Assembly (NCBI GenBank): GCA_041167325.1
Contig: JBEEHH010000011.1
Span: 142,653 to 206,652, forward strand
Direction of reading: 5' to 3'
Length of the DNA stretch: 64,000 nt
Source of the DNA: Verrucomicrobiota bacterium
GTDB lineage: Bacteria; Verrucomicrobiota; Verrucomicrobiia; Chthoniobacterales; UBA10450
In this document: positions 6,725-15,418 of the stretch, in pieces
How positions within the stretch are numbered: position 1 is the stretch's first letter
Layout: every line of letters starts with the position of its first letter
Notes under the pieces: model-generated
Seen by the model: only the letters and a program-made list of their open reading frames with translations
Database searches by the model: none
Told to the model about the DNA's origin: nothing
Position numbers and translations under genes: made by a program

Positions 6725-8863
6725 TCACCTATTTGCTTCTTGCAGCGACAGGCGTTTAACCGCTACCGCAAGTTGCCTGGGATCAGCACCGTAGGTTTTT
6801 CTCCCGTGATTCCAATCGTGATAAACAATCTCTAAAACGTTCATCCCCGTTTTCGTGTGAAGCACCATGTCTGCATCAACCACTTTTTGCATACCGATCT
6901 CTTCCGAAGAAAAGCGGCGAATATCCTCTCCATTGAGACGGATGATGACTGTTTGGCCTGGAATACCGTTCGCGAAAGCGAACTTCAACAAAAGTTGTCG
7001 CGCCTGCTCCGGCCATGTGGGATCAACATAAAATTTGATACGCGTCGCGGGTCCGAGAGCCCAGCGCAAACTGTCCTTGCCATTGCCTTCCAAACCATTA
7101 AGGCCTTCTACCAGGACATCTTCGGGCTCCTCGCCGCTGAACAAATTGATTGTTCGCATACCAGCACGGTCGAGTGTTTGGGGGGACGGTAGGACTTGGG
7201 GCGCAATCCCCTCATTCGTTTTCTTATCTGTGTCGGCACCAACCACTCGGACGCCATGCAATATTAGGTCAAGCGGTTGACCAGAGCTATCGCCCAGTGA
7301 GATTTCGGCCACAAGGGAGTCTTGCCATGGGAGGTCGGCCGGCACCGTCAAATTCAGCACTTCACGACCTCCCGATATCGTCGCCTCACCAATCACCTTG
7401 CCATCAAGTAGAACGTTCAATGGACGTGCCTCGTTGGGAGTTGGAGGCACCGTTTCCAAATCAAATGCTAGTTGAATAGAATTGCCCTTGGTTCGCGGAC
7501 GGATGGCAAAGCTAGCCACCGCGCCGACAGTACGCCATTGTTCGTTGGATGCGCGCCAGCCATCTGTTAAGAAATTCTTTGGATCAATCGGCCCGGCACC
7601 TGTCTTCGCTAGCAACCCGTCCAATAAAGCCCGCGTTGCTCCGTATTCCATGAGATCAAGATTGGAGGCGACGCGGTAGACAGAGCTGTCTGATACTTCG
7701 ATGACGAGTAACTGCTTCGTCAAGATCTCAGCCAATGCGCCACCGGGCTGGAGCGGGGTCTTTGCGGCCACCTTGCCTCTCATCCCCTCGGTTTGGCGTA
7801 CCTGAAAAAGCTCATACCGTGTTAACCAACCAGGTGACCAGCTCATGTCCGGCAGGGCTTGAGTAAGGGCATAGACAATTTGATCGGAAAAGCTGTCCCC
7901 CATGAGAACAATTTTGGGAATTTCCCCTCTGACGTTCTCCTGCGGGGTGATTTTTGGGAAGGGAGCTTCGCCAATGGTGGCATCCGTTGAGAAAATATTG
8001 AGACTTAACGCGACGTCCGTGTCTGTTCCCCTGGATTTCCCATATTCAACATCAGAACAATTAACCGTGAAAACGGGGCGCCCAGTCAAGGCTTCGGCCC
8101 TACGCATGATTTCATCAGCTACGGTACAACCCGCCCAGTAGTTCCAGTGGAAGCTTGTGGTGGTAAAGAAAGGCAGGGAGCCAGATTTTTTCTCCGCAAA
8201 AATGCGCTGCACATTGATCACGTTAACCCCAGCTTCCTCCAGTACGTCGCCATAGGAGATAGCTCGGCTCATGATGGTGTCAGGCGGGGCGATCAGATAA
8301 GGGGCAACATATTCCGGGTACAATCTTACTTTTGCCGGCGCGCTTACAACCAACAGGGCGATACCATGATGGCTCAACAACTCTTGGAGAATCCGCAACC
8401 GGTGGGCGGCGCGCTGATAATGTTGCTTGACGGCGTCATGCTGCAGAACGTCGATGTTTAAACGACTTATCGTATCGGCGGGATAGTATCCAAATCCTCG
8501 CGTCCAGATGTAACGATCATTGGGGCGGGTGGGAAATAAACGGTGTTTTGCCTCGTTGTAGGACAGGATCAAGAAGGAGCGTAAACTCCCCATATGGTTA
8601 AGGAAACCTTGCTCTAGGAATTGCTGCCATTCATGCTTAACCAACCCACTCCAAAGTTGCGTGGGTTGGGGAATGGATTGCGCCCGTTCCCGGAGTATGA
8701 ACTTGCGCACTTTAATCCCCAGCATGGGGAAAACCAGCATGGCGATGAGAGATGCAACCATTAATCGTCGATAGATTACGACGATTGCCCTTGTCCTTAT
8801 TTCGGATTTACCCATTGCCGACGATGTTGTCAACCGGATTGAAAGTCGGTCAAGAGCGCCCAA
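6725..8863 (-). CDS. AlgX/AlgJ-like (SGNH-like) polysaccharide O-acyltransferase partner with two C-terminal beta-sandwich-like modules
   Basis: 712 aa with an N-terminal membrane anchor. Motifs FFTTTSFHWNYW and VLMGDSFSDQ resemble the DHHW/GDS motifs of AlgJ/AlgX-type proteins. The C-terminal roughly 280 aa holds two modules (GWRASNEQWRTVG... and SLRWALGPATRIKF...DPRQLAVAVKRLSL). It lies directly upstream of the MBOAT gene. Confidence 0.75.
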   Translation of the reverse strand: MGALDRLSIRLTTSSAMGKSEIRTRAIVVIYRRLMVASLIAMLVFPMLGIKVRKFILRERAQSIPQPTQLWSGLVKHEWQQFLEQGFLNHMGSLRSFLILSYNEAKHRLFPTRPNDRYIWTRGFGYYPADTISRLNIDVLQHDAVKQHYQRAAHRLRILQELLSHHGIALLVVSAPAKVRLYPEYVAPYLIAPPDTIMSRAISYGDVLEEAGVNVINVQRIFAEKKSGSLPFFTTTSFHWNYWAGCTVADEIMRRAEALTGRPVFTVNCSDVEYGKSRGTDTDVALSLNIFSTDATIGEAPFPKITPQENVRGEIPKIVLMGDSFSDQIVYALTQALPDMSWSPGWLTRYELFQVRQTEGMRGKVAAKTPLQPGGALAEILTKQLLVIEVSDSSVYRVASNLDLMEYGATRALLDGLLAKTGAGPIDPKNFLTDGWRASNEQWRTVGAVASFAIRPRTKGNSIQLAFDLETVPPTPNEARPLNVLLDGKVIGEATISGGREVLNLTVPADLPWQDSLVAEISLGDSSGQPLDLILHGVRVVGADTDKKTNEGIAPQVLPSPQTLDRAGMRTINLFSGEEPEDVLVEGLNGLEGNGKDSLRWALGPATRIKFYVDPTWPEQARQLLLKFAFANGIPGQTVIIRLNGEDIRRFSSEEIGMQKVVDADMVLHTKTGMNVLEIVYHDWNHGRKTYGADPRQLAVAVKRLSLQEANR

Positions 8864-8871
8864 GCCAATCG

Positions 8872-9888
8872 TTAAGCGATAGGGTCCCCGCCCTCATCCA
8901 AACCATTCGTTTCCCTTTGAGGCTTGTAGAAAATGTAGAGAACTCCTCCCAAAAGAGAAACACATAGGATCATGGCGAACACGACGAATGAAGCAGCCAA
9001 AGCGCGCTCGCTTTCTACGTGCGCGGTCACGCTCAGGAATAAGACAAGCAAATACTCGCGCACTCCAAAACCAGCGATCGTAATCGGGAGCGCGTTTGCC
9101 GCAAGAATAATCGGGACAAAGGTTAGCCATGCCAGGAAGGGCGCGCGAATGCCTACGGAAAGGCCGGCGAGGTAAAATAGGAGGCAAAGGAGGAATTGGG
9201 TAAAGACGGCTGCTCCTACGATCTGTGCGAGCGCCATCTTGTTCACGCATAATAATCCCCAGATGCGGGCCGCTTCATCGCGAAGCGAGTGTGCCGGAAG
9301 GGCGCGCAGGCGCTTCTCAAACCACTGATGGGTAGGATGACCCGCCAGAAAGAAGGCCGCTCCAAAAATACACAGGGCCGCACCCCCGGCGAGGATGACA
9401 AGAGCCAGCCAGTAGGTTTGCCGGGAAGTCGATAGGACGTCCCATTGCCAGGGAATGCAAAGAACCGCCAACACCAGGACACTGGCCAGTCCAAGGCACC
9501 GATCAAGAACAACGGTTGTGCAGGCTTCGCCTACTCTCCCGGGAGCGAGACGGGTGATGTAGAGCATGCGGGTGAGATCGTCCCCGAGCGGGCCAGGTAG
9601 AAACATGATGAAAAACTGCCCAATCTGAGCGATAAACGTTAGCGAAAGCAGCGGGATGTGGATATCAAAGATGGCTAGCCAGCGATGCCACCGCCAGCCG
9701 GCAATGCCGATGGTAACAAGAGCCAGGAGTAGCCCGAGTGAGATGGGGCCGCGTTCAGCGTCGCGGATGCTGGTCCAAACCCGTGTCGCGTCGATCTTGC
9801 GAAAAAGCCAGGTCAAGACTACTACCGCAAAGACAAGCTTCGCCGCAAGGAAGATTAGCCGGCGCAGCCGGGCCTTATTCGAACTCAC
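8872..9888 (-). CDS. Flippase-like polytopic membrane protein (lysylphosphatidylglycerol-synthase TM-region family, UPF0104-like)
   Basis: Track ORF 8872..9987. I prefer the GTG at 9888, which overlaps the upstream gene by 14 nt. About 8 TM helices, with GWRWHRWL and FLPGPLGDDLTRMLYI motifs typical of this family. The start is uncertain. Confidence 0.7.
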   Translation of the reverse strand: MSSNKARLRRLIFLAAKLVFAVVVLTWLFRKIDATRVWTSIRDAERGPISLGLLLALVTIGIAGWRWHRWLAIFDIHIPLLSLTFIAQIGQFFIMFLPGPLGDDLTRMLYITRLAPGRVGEACTTVVLDRCLGLASVLVLAVLCIPWQWDVLSTSRQTYWLALVILAGGAALCIFGAAFFLAGHPTHQWFEKRLRALPAHSLRDEAARIWGLLCVNKMALAQIVGAAVFTQFLLCLLFYLAGLSVGIRAPFLAWLTFVPIILAANALPITIAGFGVREYLLVLFLSVTAHVESERALAASFVVFAMILCVSLLGGVLYIFYKPQRETNGLDEGGDPIA

Positions 9889-10486
9889 TTTTCTTCCCCA
9901 GAAGGATGTGCTTACAGGCCAGAAGGATCTTGGCCATGTAAACCAGCTTTTTTCGGCCAACGAAGTAATACCCATCCTTATGGACAATGTCCCCGCTTTC
10001 CACGAGACGCTGCAACCGCATCTGCATTAGCGCCCCTTCATCATAGATTCCTTCGATTTCCCGGGTTGTCTTTCCCTCAGGAGCGGCAGCGATTTCCGAA
10101 TACATGCGGAGCCTGATAGAAGTATGGCCAAGGTTGGCGAGGCCGAAGTAACAGTAAGCGAGGGCAACGTAGATAGGCCCATTGACGAAAAGACAAGTTA
10201 CCAGCCCCTGCTGTCGGATCTGGGGAATCAATATTTCCAAGGCGATCAAGGCGATGCCTCCCGCTACAAATCCCTCGATAATTGATCGAAAGAACTGGGT
10301 CCCGCCGCGGAGTCGAACTGCGAGCACCTGAGTAGTAACATTGACTCCTACGGCGGCAATTGGCGCCAACAGCGCGCAGTAAAGAGGAAGGTCAGCCGCC
10401 TTTGGAAACAGGCCCATAAAGTCTTCGATAACCAAGGACAACTCGAAAGGCAAGAGAGCCATTTCCAGCCAGAACGTATCTGTCAT
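9875..10486 (-). CDS. Polytopic membrane protein with winged-helix-like C-terminal module (paralog pair, member 2)
   Basis: 203 aa from the ATG at 10486; alternative ATGs lie at 10462 and 10417. Three to four TM helices are followed by ..RLRMYSEIAAAPEGKTTREIEGIYDEGALMQMRLQRLVESGDIVHKDGYYFVGRK... The architecture parallels 10392..10883. Confidence 0.65.
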   Translation of the reverse strand: MTDTFWLEMALLPFELSLVIEDFMGLFPKAADLPLYCALLAPIAAVGVNVTTQVLAVRLRGGTQFFRSIIEGFVAGGIALIALEILIPQIRQQGLVTCLFVNGPIYVALAYCYFGLANLGHTSIRLRMYSEIAAAPEGKTTREIEGIYDEGALMQMRLQRLVESGDIVHKDGYYFVGRKKLVYMAKILLACKHILLGKKSEFE

Positions 10487-10883
10487 TCTGCAAGCGGATC
10501 AAACCTGATGCCAGGAGGGCGGTGAGGCGGGCCTTGGCAAACGGCCGTTGCGACAAAAAGCCAAGCACTTCAGCGGCGGGAACCCCGTTGCCTCGCCCTT
10601 CCGCGAGGAAGTGCATCAGACTGAGCGTTGGACTGTCCGCCTCAATGGCAGAGTAGGTGATCGCATAAGAAAGACCTGCTGAGATCTGAAAGAGCGCAAC
10701 GTGCAATAAAATAGGAAGAGCGACACCACGAAGCACCGCGTAAACGAACCACAGGCAAAGAACGGCAGCGAAGATTATCAGCACCCCTATGATTTGACGC
10801 CTTGGCAGCCGAATCTTCCAGACAATAACATGGATGGCCAGCGAGGTGGCAACTAGAAAAAAAGCTGAAAGAAACACTGACAT
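10392..10883 (-). CDS. Polytopic membrane protein with winged-helix-like C-terminal module (paralog pair, member 1)
   Basis: 163 aa. Three TM helices are followed by ..SPTLSLMHFLAEGRGNGVPAAEVLGFLSQRPFAKARLTALLASGLIRLQNDRYVLAGNG... It overlaps the start region of the next gene. Confidence 0.65.
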   Translation of the reverse strand: MSVFLSAFFLVATSLAIHVIVWKIRLPRRQIIGVLIIFAAVLCLWFVYAVLRGVALPILLHVALFQISAGLSYAITYSAIEADSPTLSLMHFLAEGRGNGVPAAEVLGFLSQRPFAKARLTALLASGLIRLQNDRYVLAGNGSLAFRVVLGYRRLYGPVSKGG

Positions 10884-10970
10884 ACGAACAACCTACAGCT
10901 GGACTCTGATTAATGTGCGCTCAAATCAACTGTAAGGGGCTGCGGAAATGAGCGGCTCGATTCCCAAAGG

Positions 10971-12134
10971 TTACAGCACTCTAGCTCGAATCAAACTGAG
11001 GTATTGTTGGCCTCTCCCCCAAAACTGTCCGAATTTCTCCAGTGGCGGCATTACATTGGTTTTTAGATACGTATCGAGGCCGGTACCGAAGTCATCGATA
11101 GAATCCGCCGTTTCTGGCGAGAACGAGCGAACCAGAGTCGATAACTTGTGCGTAGCTGCGGCCAGCTTTGGCAGAGTGTCGCGCTTCTTGTCGAATTCGT
11201 AGCTTCTCGAAAGACCGACGGCAAAATCGCATTGCTCGATCAGGGCTCTGTTGGCCTCGATAGGTCTCGGCGGGAAACAATAGCGGTAGTCTAACAAATT
11301 GTGAACATTTTCGAGATACTGATGCACAGCCATGTCATTGAAGTACGCCCTATTGCTGTGAATGCCTTTGTACCAGGTCCAATCGGTGAAAAACTTGGGC
11401 GAGCATCCGTGGACATCAAATTCCTGTCCCACGGCGCCTATCGCGTCTTCGATCGAGAGGAGCCGCCCCGTAAAGGGGTGTAGAATACTATCGACAATCC
11501 AATCGTCGACCGGCCGGCTCCGAGCGACGAGATTACGGAGGTGAGGCTCAAAAACTGGCCGCAGACGGACGAGATTGTCGTCAATCGAGGCGTCTGGCTC
11601 AATCAGCATCGCCCCGAGAAGGCGCCGAAACATTTCGCTCAGGACTGAAACGTTATCTTCGCAGGTCGTAACAAGCACTCCGCCCGGAGCGACAAAGCGG
11701 GCGATGCAGCGCAACATGTAGGGCGGGTCGTTCTGATGAGGTATAGCTCCCTCGCAAAAGACAGCATCGAATCGCTCGGCGGTCTCATATTCTTCCATCA
11801 ACGATTCGACAAACTGTAACTCAGTCGTCTTGGGCGTATGACTGGCGAGGAGCTGTTCGGCGCGGCCTAATCCCGTTGGGTTAGCATCAATCAGAACGTA
11901 ACGACGTGGCTCAAGGCTGGCGGTGAAAACGGCATTATGGCCGCTGCCGGGTCCAAACTCAGCAACCGATTTACCCCGTAACAGAGAAGGGACAAGACCG
12001 AGATGCCGGTAAAGTGCCGACCGCCGCTGAAAATGTTTTTCCAGGTCGGTGATGTCTTGAGCAACCGGCGAGATCTGATGCTTCCGATAAAAAGCAATGA
12101 AAGGTCGCTCCTGTTCCGTTTGTTTGTCGTTCAT
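10971..12134 (-). CDS. Class I SAM-dependent methyltransferase with C-terminal extension
   Basis: 387 aa. Motif I is VAEFGPGSGHNAVF, followed by DAVFCEGAIPH and VAPGGVLVTT. Confidence 0.8.
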   Translation of the reverse strand: MNDKQTEQERPFIAFYRKHQISPVAQDITDLEKHFQRRSALYRHLGLVPSLLRGKSVAEFGPGSGHNAVFTASLEPRRYVLIDANPTGLGRAEQLLASHTPKTTELQFVESLMEEYETAERFDAVFCEGAIPHQNDPPYMLRCIARFVAPGGVLVTTCEDNVSVLSEMFRRLLGAMLIEPDASIDDNLVRLRPVFEPHLRNLVARSRPVDDWIVDSILHPFTGRLLSIEDAIGAVGQEFDVHGCSPKFFTDWTWYKGIHSNRAYFNDMAVHQYLENVHNLLDYRYCFPPRPIEANRALIEQCDFAVGLSRSYEFDKKRDTLPKLAAATHKLSTLVRSFSPETADSIDDFGTGLDTYLKTNVMPPLEKFGQFWGRGQQYLSLIRARVL

Positions 12135-12334
12135 GATCTCATCGTCTGGGAGTTTTTTGCCTTGTAAACATCAAGCGGTCACCAATATCAACTTTGGGAG
12201 TGGCCTTCTTTGATTCTGCCGCGTTTCTCATTGTATAGGATCAAAATTCTTCAAGGGCAAATCAAAAGGAATCCTATGAAGCAGGCGGTAACCTCACGTC
12301 ACCCCCGCTGGCGAATCGCCCGATTCATCGTGGC

Positions 12335-13582
12335 TCAGACAACATGTGGCTGTGGCAGCGGTATGATGAATCGCCCGCCCCGATCCTGGTAAGTTTTGTT
12401 GCGCTCCATAATCATATCGGCGTAGCGCCAGACAAGAATGATCACGCCTTCCGGTTGGCGGGCTAATAGCGTTTCCGAGGAAATAATTGGAATGTGGTGC
12501 CCGGGGCTGAAGCGATTCTGGCGAATAGGATTGTCATCAACAATCATGCGAAGCACGTTCCCCAAGTCGAACTGATAGATCAAGACCGTCGCGGTTGCCG
12601 ATGCGCCATATCCGGCCAATGCTTTGCCGCTGAACTCCGGCTGGGACAGGATCGCTTGTGTCTGTTCCTTTGTTTGATTAACTCGGTCTGCAAAGCGCTC
12701 GTAGGTTTGGTGGCGATATAGGCCGTACTCATCCTCGAGCTTGAGTAGTTCATGGACTGAGGAATGTTCCGGGCGCGGGCCGCCAGCAAGTTGAACGAAA
12801 CAGCGCAAAGTGCCGCCTTTACTCGGGGTGCGCTCGATCCGAAACAAGTGCAGACCGTGCCGATCCATAAAAAGCCGCAATGGCCTAACAGAATGGTAGC
12901 TAAGATGTTCGTGGTAGATCACGTCAAAAATCATGTTGTCCACGATGTCCAATAGGTAGGACACCTCGAAGACGAAAACCCCAGAAGGCGCCAGGATGTG
13001 CCGAATCCCGTCCGCCATATCGCCGAGGAAGTCGGAATGGGCGAAAACATTATTCGCGGTAACCAAGTCCACCGCGCCCTTTTCACTTCGGATGCGCTGG
13101 GCCACGGCGCTGGTAAAAAATTCCGGCAGAGTTTCAATTCCTCGCGCTGTTGCTCCAGCGGCGACCTCCCGCGCCGGATCCACGCCCAGCACCTGCAGCC
13201 CCCGCTGCTTGAAAAAGCTCAACAGCGTTCCATCGTTGCTGCCGATATCCAGGGCAAAGGCCCCGGGAGCCAAATCTAATTGGTTGCATACGCTGTTTGC
13301 GTAGTCCTGGAAATAGTCGACCAATCCCGGGGAGCTCCCAGTAGTATAGATATACGACCCGAAGAGCAGAGACGGTGCAACGACGTCGAGCAACTGAGCG
13401 TGTCCGCAAGCCTGACACAGATACAGATCCATTGGGAAGCTTGGTTGTGGCTCGGCCACCTGTGTCGCAGGAACAAATGCATCCACTGGCGGGCATGGGA
13501 CCATCTTTACCACTAGCTCAACTTGGGGGCTGTCGCACAAGCGACAGGTTTTTCGATGGTAACATAATGATTCGGTGTTCAT
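12335..13582 (-). CDS. NDP-hexose C-methyltransferase-type enzyme (zinc-ribbon N-domain + class I MTase + C-terminal domain)
   Basis: 415 aa. N-terminal CxxC...CxxC (CRLCDSPQV...CQACGHAQL), then ALDIGSNDGTLL and VFAHSDFLGD. This layout matches the TylC3/Coq-type sugar C-methyltransferase family. Confidence 0.8.
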   Translation of the reverse strand: MNTESLCYHRKTCRLCDSPQVELVVKMVPCPPVDAFVPATQVAEPQPSFPMDLYLCQACGHAQLLDVVAPSLLFGSYIYTTGSSPGLVDYFQDYANSVCNQLDLAPGAFALDIGSNDGTLLSFFKQRGLQVLGVDPAREVAAGATARGIETLPEFFTSAVAQRIRSEKGAVDLVTANNVFAHSDFLGDMADGIRHILAPSGVFVFEVSYLLDIVDNMIFDVIYHEHLSYHSVRPLRLFMDRHGLHLFRIERTPSKGGTLRCFVQLAGGPRPEHSSVHELLKLEDEYGLYRHQTYERFADRVNQTKEQTQAILSQPEFSGKALAGYGASATATVLIYQFDLGNVLRMIVDDNPIRQNRFSPGHHIPIISSETLLARQPEGVIILVWRYADMIMERNKTYQDRGGRFIIPLPQPHVV

Positions 13583-13594
13583 AGGCTTCGCGGG

Positions 13595-14350
13595 TTACAA
13601 CTCGGCCAACTGTCGGGCCAATACTTCCTGGTACTGCAGGGTCAGGCCTCCATCGACGATAATGTCCTGTCCCGTGACGAACGATGCCTTGCGGCTGCAC
13701 AGGAACACCACCGGTTGCACGACTTCCTCCGCAGTGCACATCCGGCCCAGCGGGATCATTTTTTCATATAGTTTCAGGAGAGACTTCTTCTTTAAGTAAA
13801 ACTCTCTTGATTCATCCTTTAAGAATGTCCCGGGGGATACACTATTGACCCGAATACCTCGTGGGCCCAAGGCAACCGCATAATAACGGACGATCTGGTT
13901 CAATCCGGCCTTTCCCAAGTGATAGCTTAGGGGCAATTGAGCGGAGATGAAGTGGGCGTTGATTGAACTGACTACAACAATGGCGCAGTCCTTAAGGTCA
14001 AAGTCTTCCACGAGAATTTCTATTACTCGCTTGGTGGCGGTCAGGCTTGTGTTGAATTCTCCGACCCAGGCGTCGCCGTCACCGCGAAAACGCTGAAAGA
14101 AAAGGAGGCTGGTGACCTTGCCGCACTTGGTGAGAATGGTTTTCAGCACCTGTCTTACTGCAGAGGCATCGGCAACATCGGCCTCCCAATAGCGGACGCC
14201 GGGGGTGCGTTGAGCTGGTGTCGCGGGGCGCTGTCGGGCAATGACGGAAACGGCATATCCTTCAGCGCGCAGCATTCGCGCTGCGACGCGACCGGCGCCC
14301 TTGGTGCCGCCGATAATCAATGCATGTTCCCTTGCTCGTCCGCGGCTCAT
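13595..14350 (-). CDS. Short-chain dehydrogenase/reductase (SDR)
   Basis: 251 aa. Motifs LIIGGTKGAGR, VVSSINA, and YHLGKAGL (YxxxK). Confidence 0.85.
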   Translation of the reverse strand: MSRGRAREHALIIGGTKGAGRVAARMLRAEGYAVSVIARQRPATPAQRTPGVRYWEADVADASAVRQVLKTILTKCGKVTSLLFFQRFRGDGDAWVGEFNTSLTATKRVIEILVEDFDLKDCAIVVVSSINAHFISAQLPLSYHLGKAGLNQIVRYYAVALGPRGIRVNSVSPGTFLKDESREFYLKKKSLLKLYEKMIPLGRMCTAEEVVQPVVFLCSRKASFVTGQDIIVDGGLTLQYQEVLARQLAEL

Positions 14351-15417
14351 TTTATGGCCGCAGACGCAGACCGCATTTGGTTAATGAATTGCTCAACCGC
14401 AGCGCGGTCCGTCTCCATGGGTGCCCAGGGCGCCCACGCCGTGTCTTCTCGCCGGAAAGGACCCGGGATCGTTTCGTGGATTACCAAGGTATCCGTCTTC
14501 ATGACCATCGAATGCCAGGCAAACGCCGGGACCCGCATGTAGAACTGGCGGCCAGAGTTGTAGTCCCCGAGAGGGATAATATCCGTGATGTTGCCCGATT
14601 CATCAAAAAAGAAAAAATCGGCTTCTCCTTCCAGAATGTGAAGGGATTCATCCTTGTCGATGTGCTTGTTTGGTTTCACGTAAGTCATGTTCGTATACAC
14701 TACGAACATTTCGTGGAGCCCATTCTCCAAGTCCTTATGCGCGCAAAGCCGAATGCGCTTGCGCTCCGTCGTAGGCACCACGCTCTTGAGGAAGTCCATC
14801 TCCTTTTTTCCCACGCTTACGATATGTTCGCTGGCCACAAAGACTTCCGGCCCCGTGCGCTCCATCTTAAGGAGCGGTCGCTCCTGGCGGGGATAGCTGT
14901 GCAACTTCTCCATAAAGCGCTGAGCGCCGCTTGTATCGGTTTCCTCAGGAGACCATGGACAAAAGATCGTGTCCTCGAGTCGGAAGGGCCCCAGGGTGGT
15001 TTCATGAATCGCGATCCCGGCTGACCGAAGCAAGAGATCGTGTTCCTGCAATTCAGGGATGCGACAATAAAACTGGTAACCTGAGTCATAAGTTCCGAGC
15101 GACACGGAGTCAATCACGCGCCCCTGATCGTCAAAGAAGAAATAATCACCGGCGCCCTCGAGCACGTGCAGGGACTCATCTTTACCCAGGTGCTTACTCG
15201 GGCGGATATAGTTTCCCTCGCCAAAGACAATGAACATCTCGTGCAGGCGCTCTTCATTTGTCTTGTGAACGCACAAGCGGATTCGCCCACGCGAGGTTTC
15301 GTGGACATTGTCTCGCAGCAACTCTATCTGCGACCGCCCGACACTGGGATACTTCTCCGTCGAAACAAAGACATCAGTGTTACGGGCTTCCATGGTGGAC
15401 ATATTATTTGTTAGCAT
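14347..15417 (-). CDS. Tandem double WbuC-family cupin protein
   Basis: Two internal halves align: RIRLCVHKTNEERLHEMFIVFGEGNYIRPSKHLGKDESLHVLEGAGDYFFFDDQGRV and RIRLCAHKDLENGLHEMFVVYTNMTYVKPNKHIDKDESLHILEGEADFFFFDESGNI. I prefer the ATG at 15417 (AAGGAA lies 6 nt upstream) over the track start at 15432. Confidence 0.8.
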   Translation of the reverse strand: MLTNNMSTMEARNTDVFVSTEKYPSVGRSQIELLRDNVHETSRGRIRLCVHKTNEERLHEMFIVFGEGNYIRPSKHLGKDESLHVLEGAGDYFFFDDQGRVIDSVSLGTYDSGYQFYCRIPELQEHDLLLRSAGIAIHETTLGPFRLEDTIFCPWSPEETDTSGAQRFMEKLHSYPRQERPLLKMERTGPEVFVASEHIVSVGKKEMDFLKSVVPTTERKRIRLCAHKDLENGLHEMFVVYTNMTYVKPNKHIDKDESLHILEGEADFFFFDESGNITDIIPLGDYNSGRQFYMRVPAFAWHSMVMKTDTLVIHETIPGPFRREDTAWAPWAPMETDRAAVEQFINQMRSASAAIK

Positions 15418-15418
15418 A

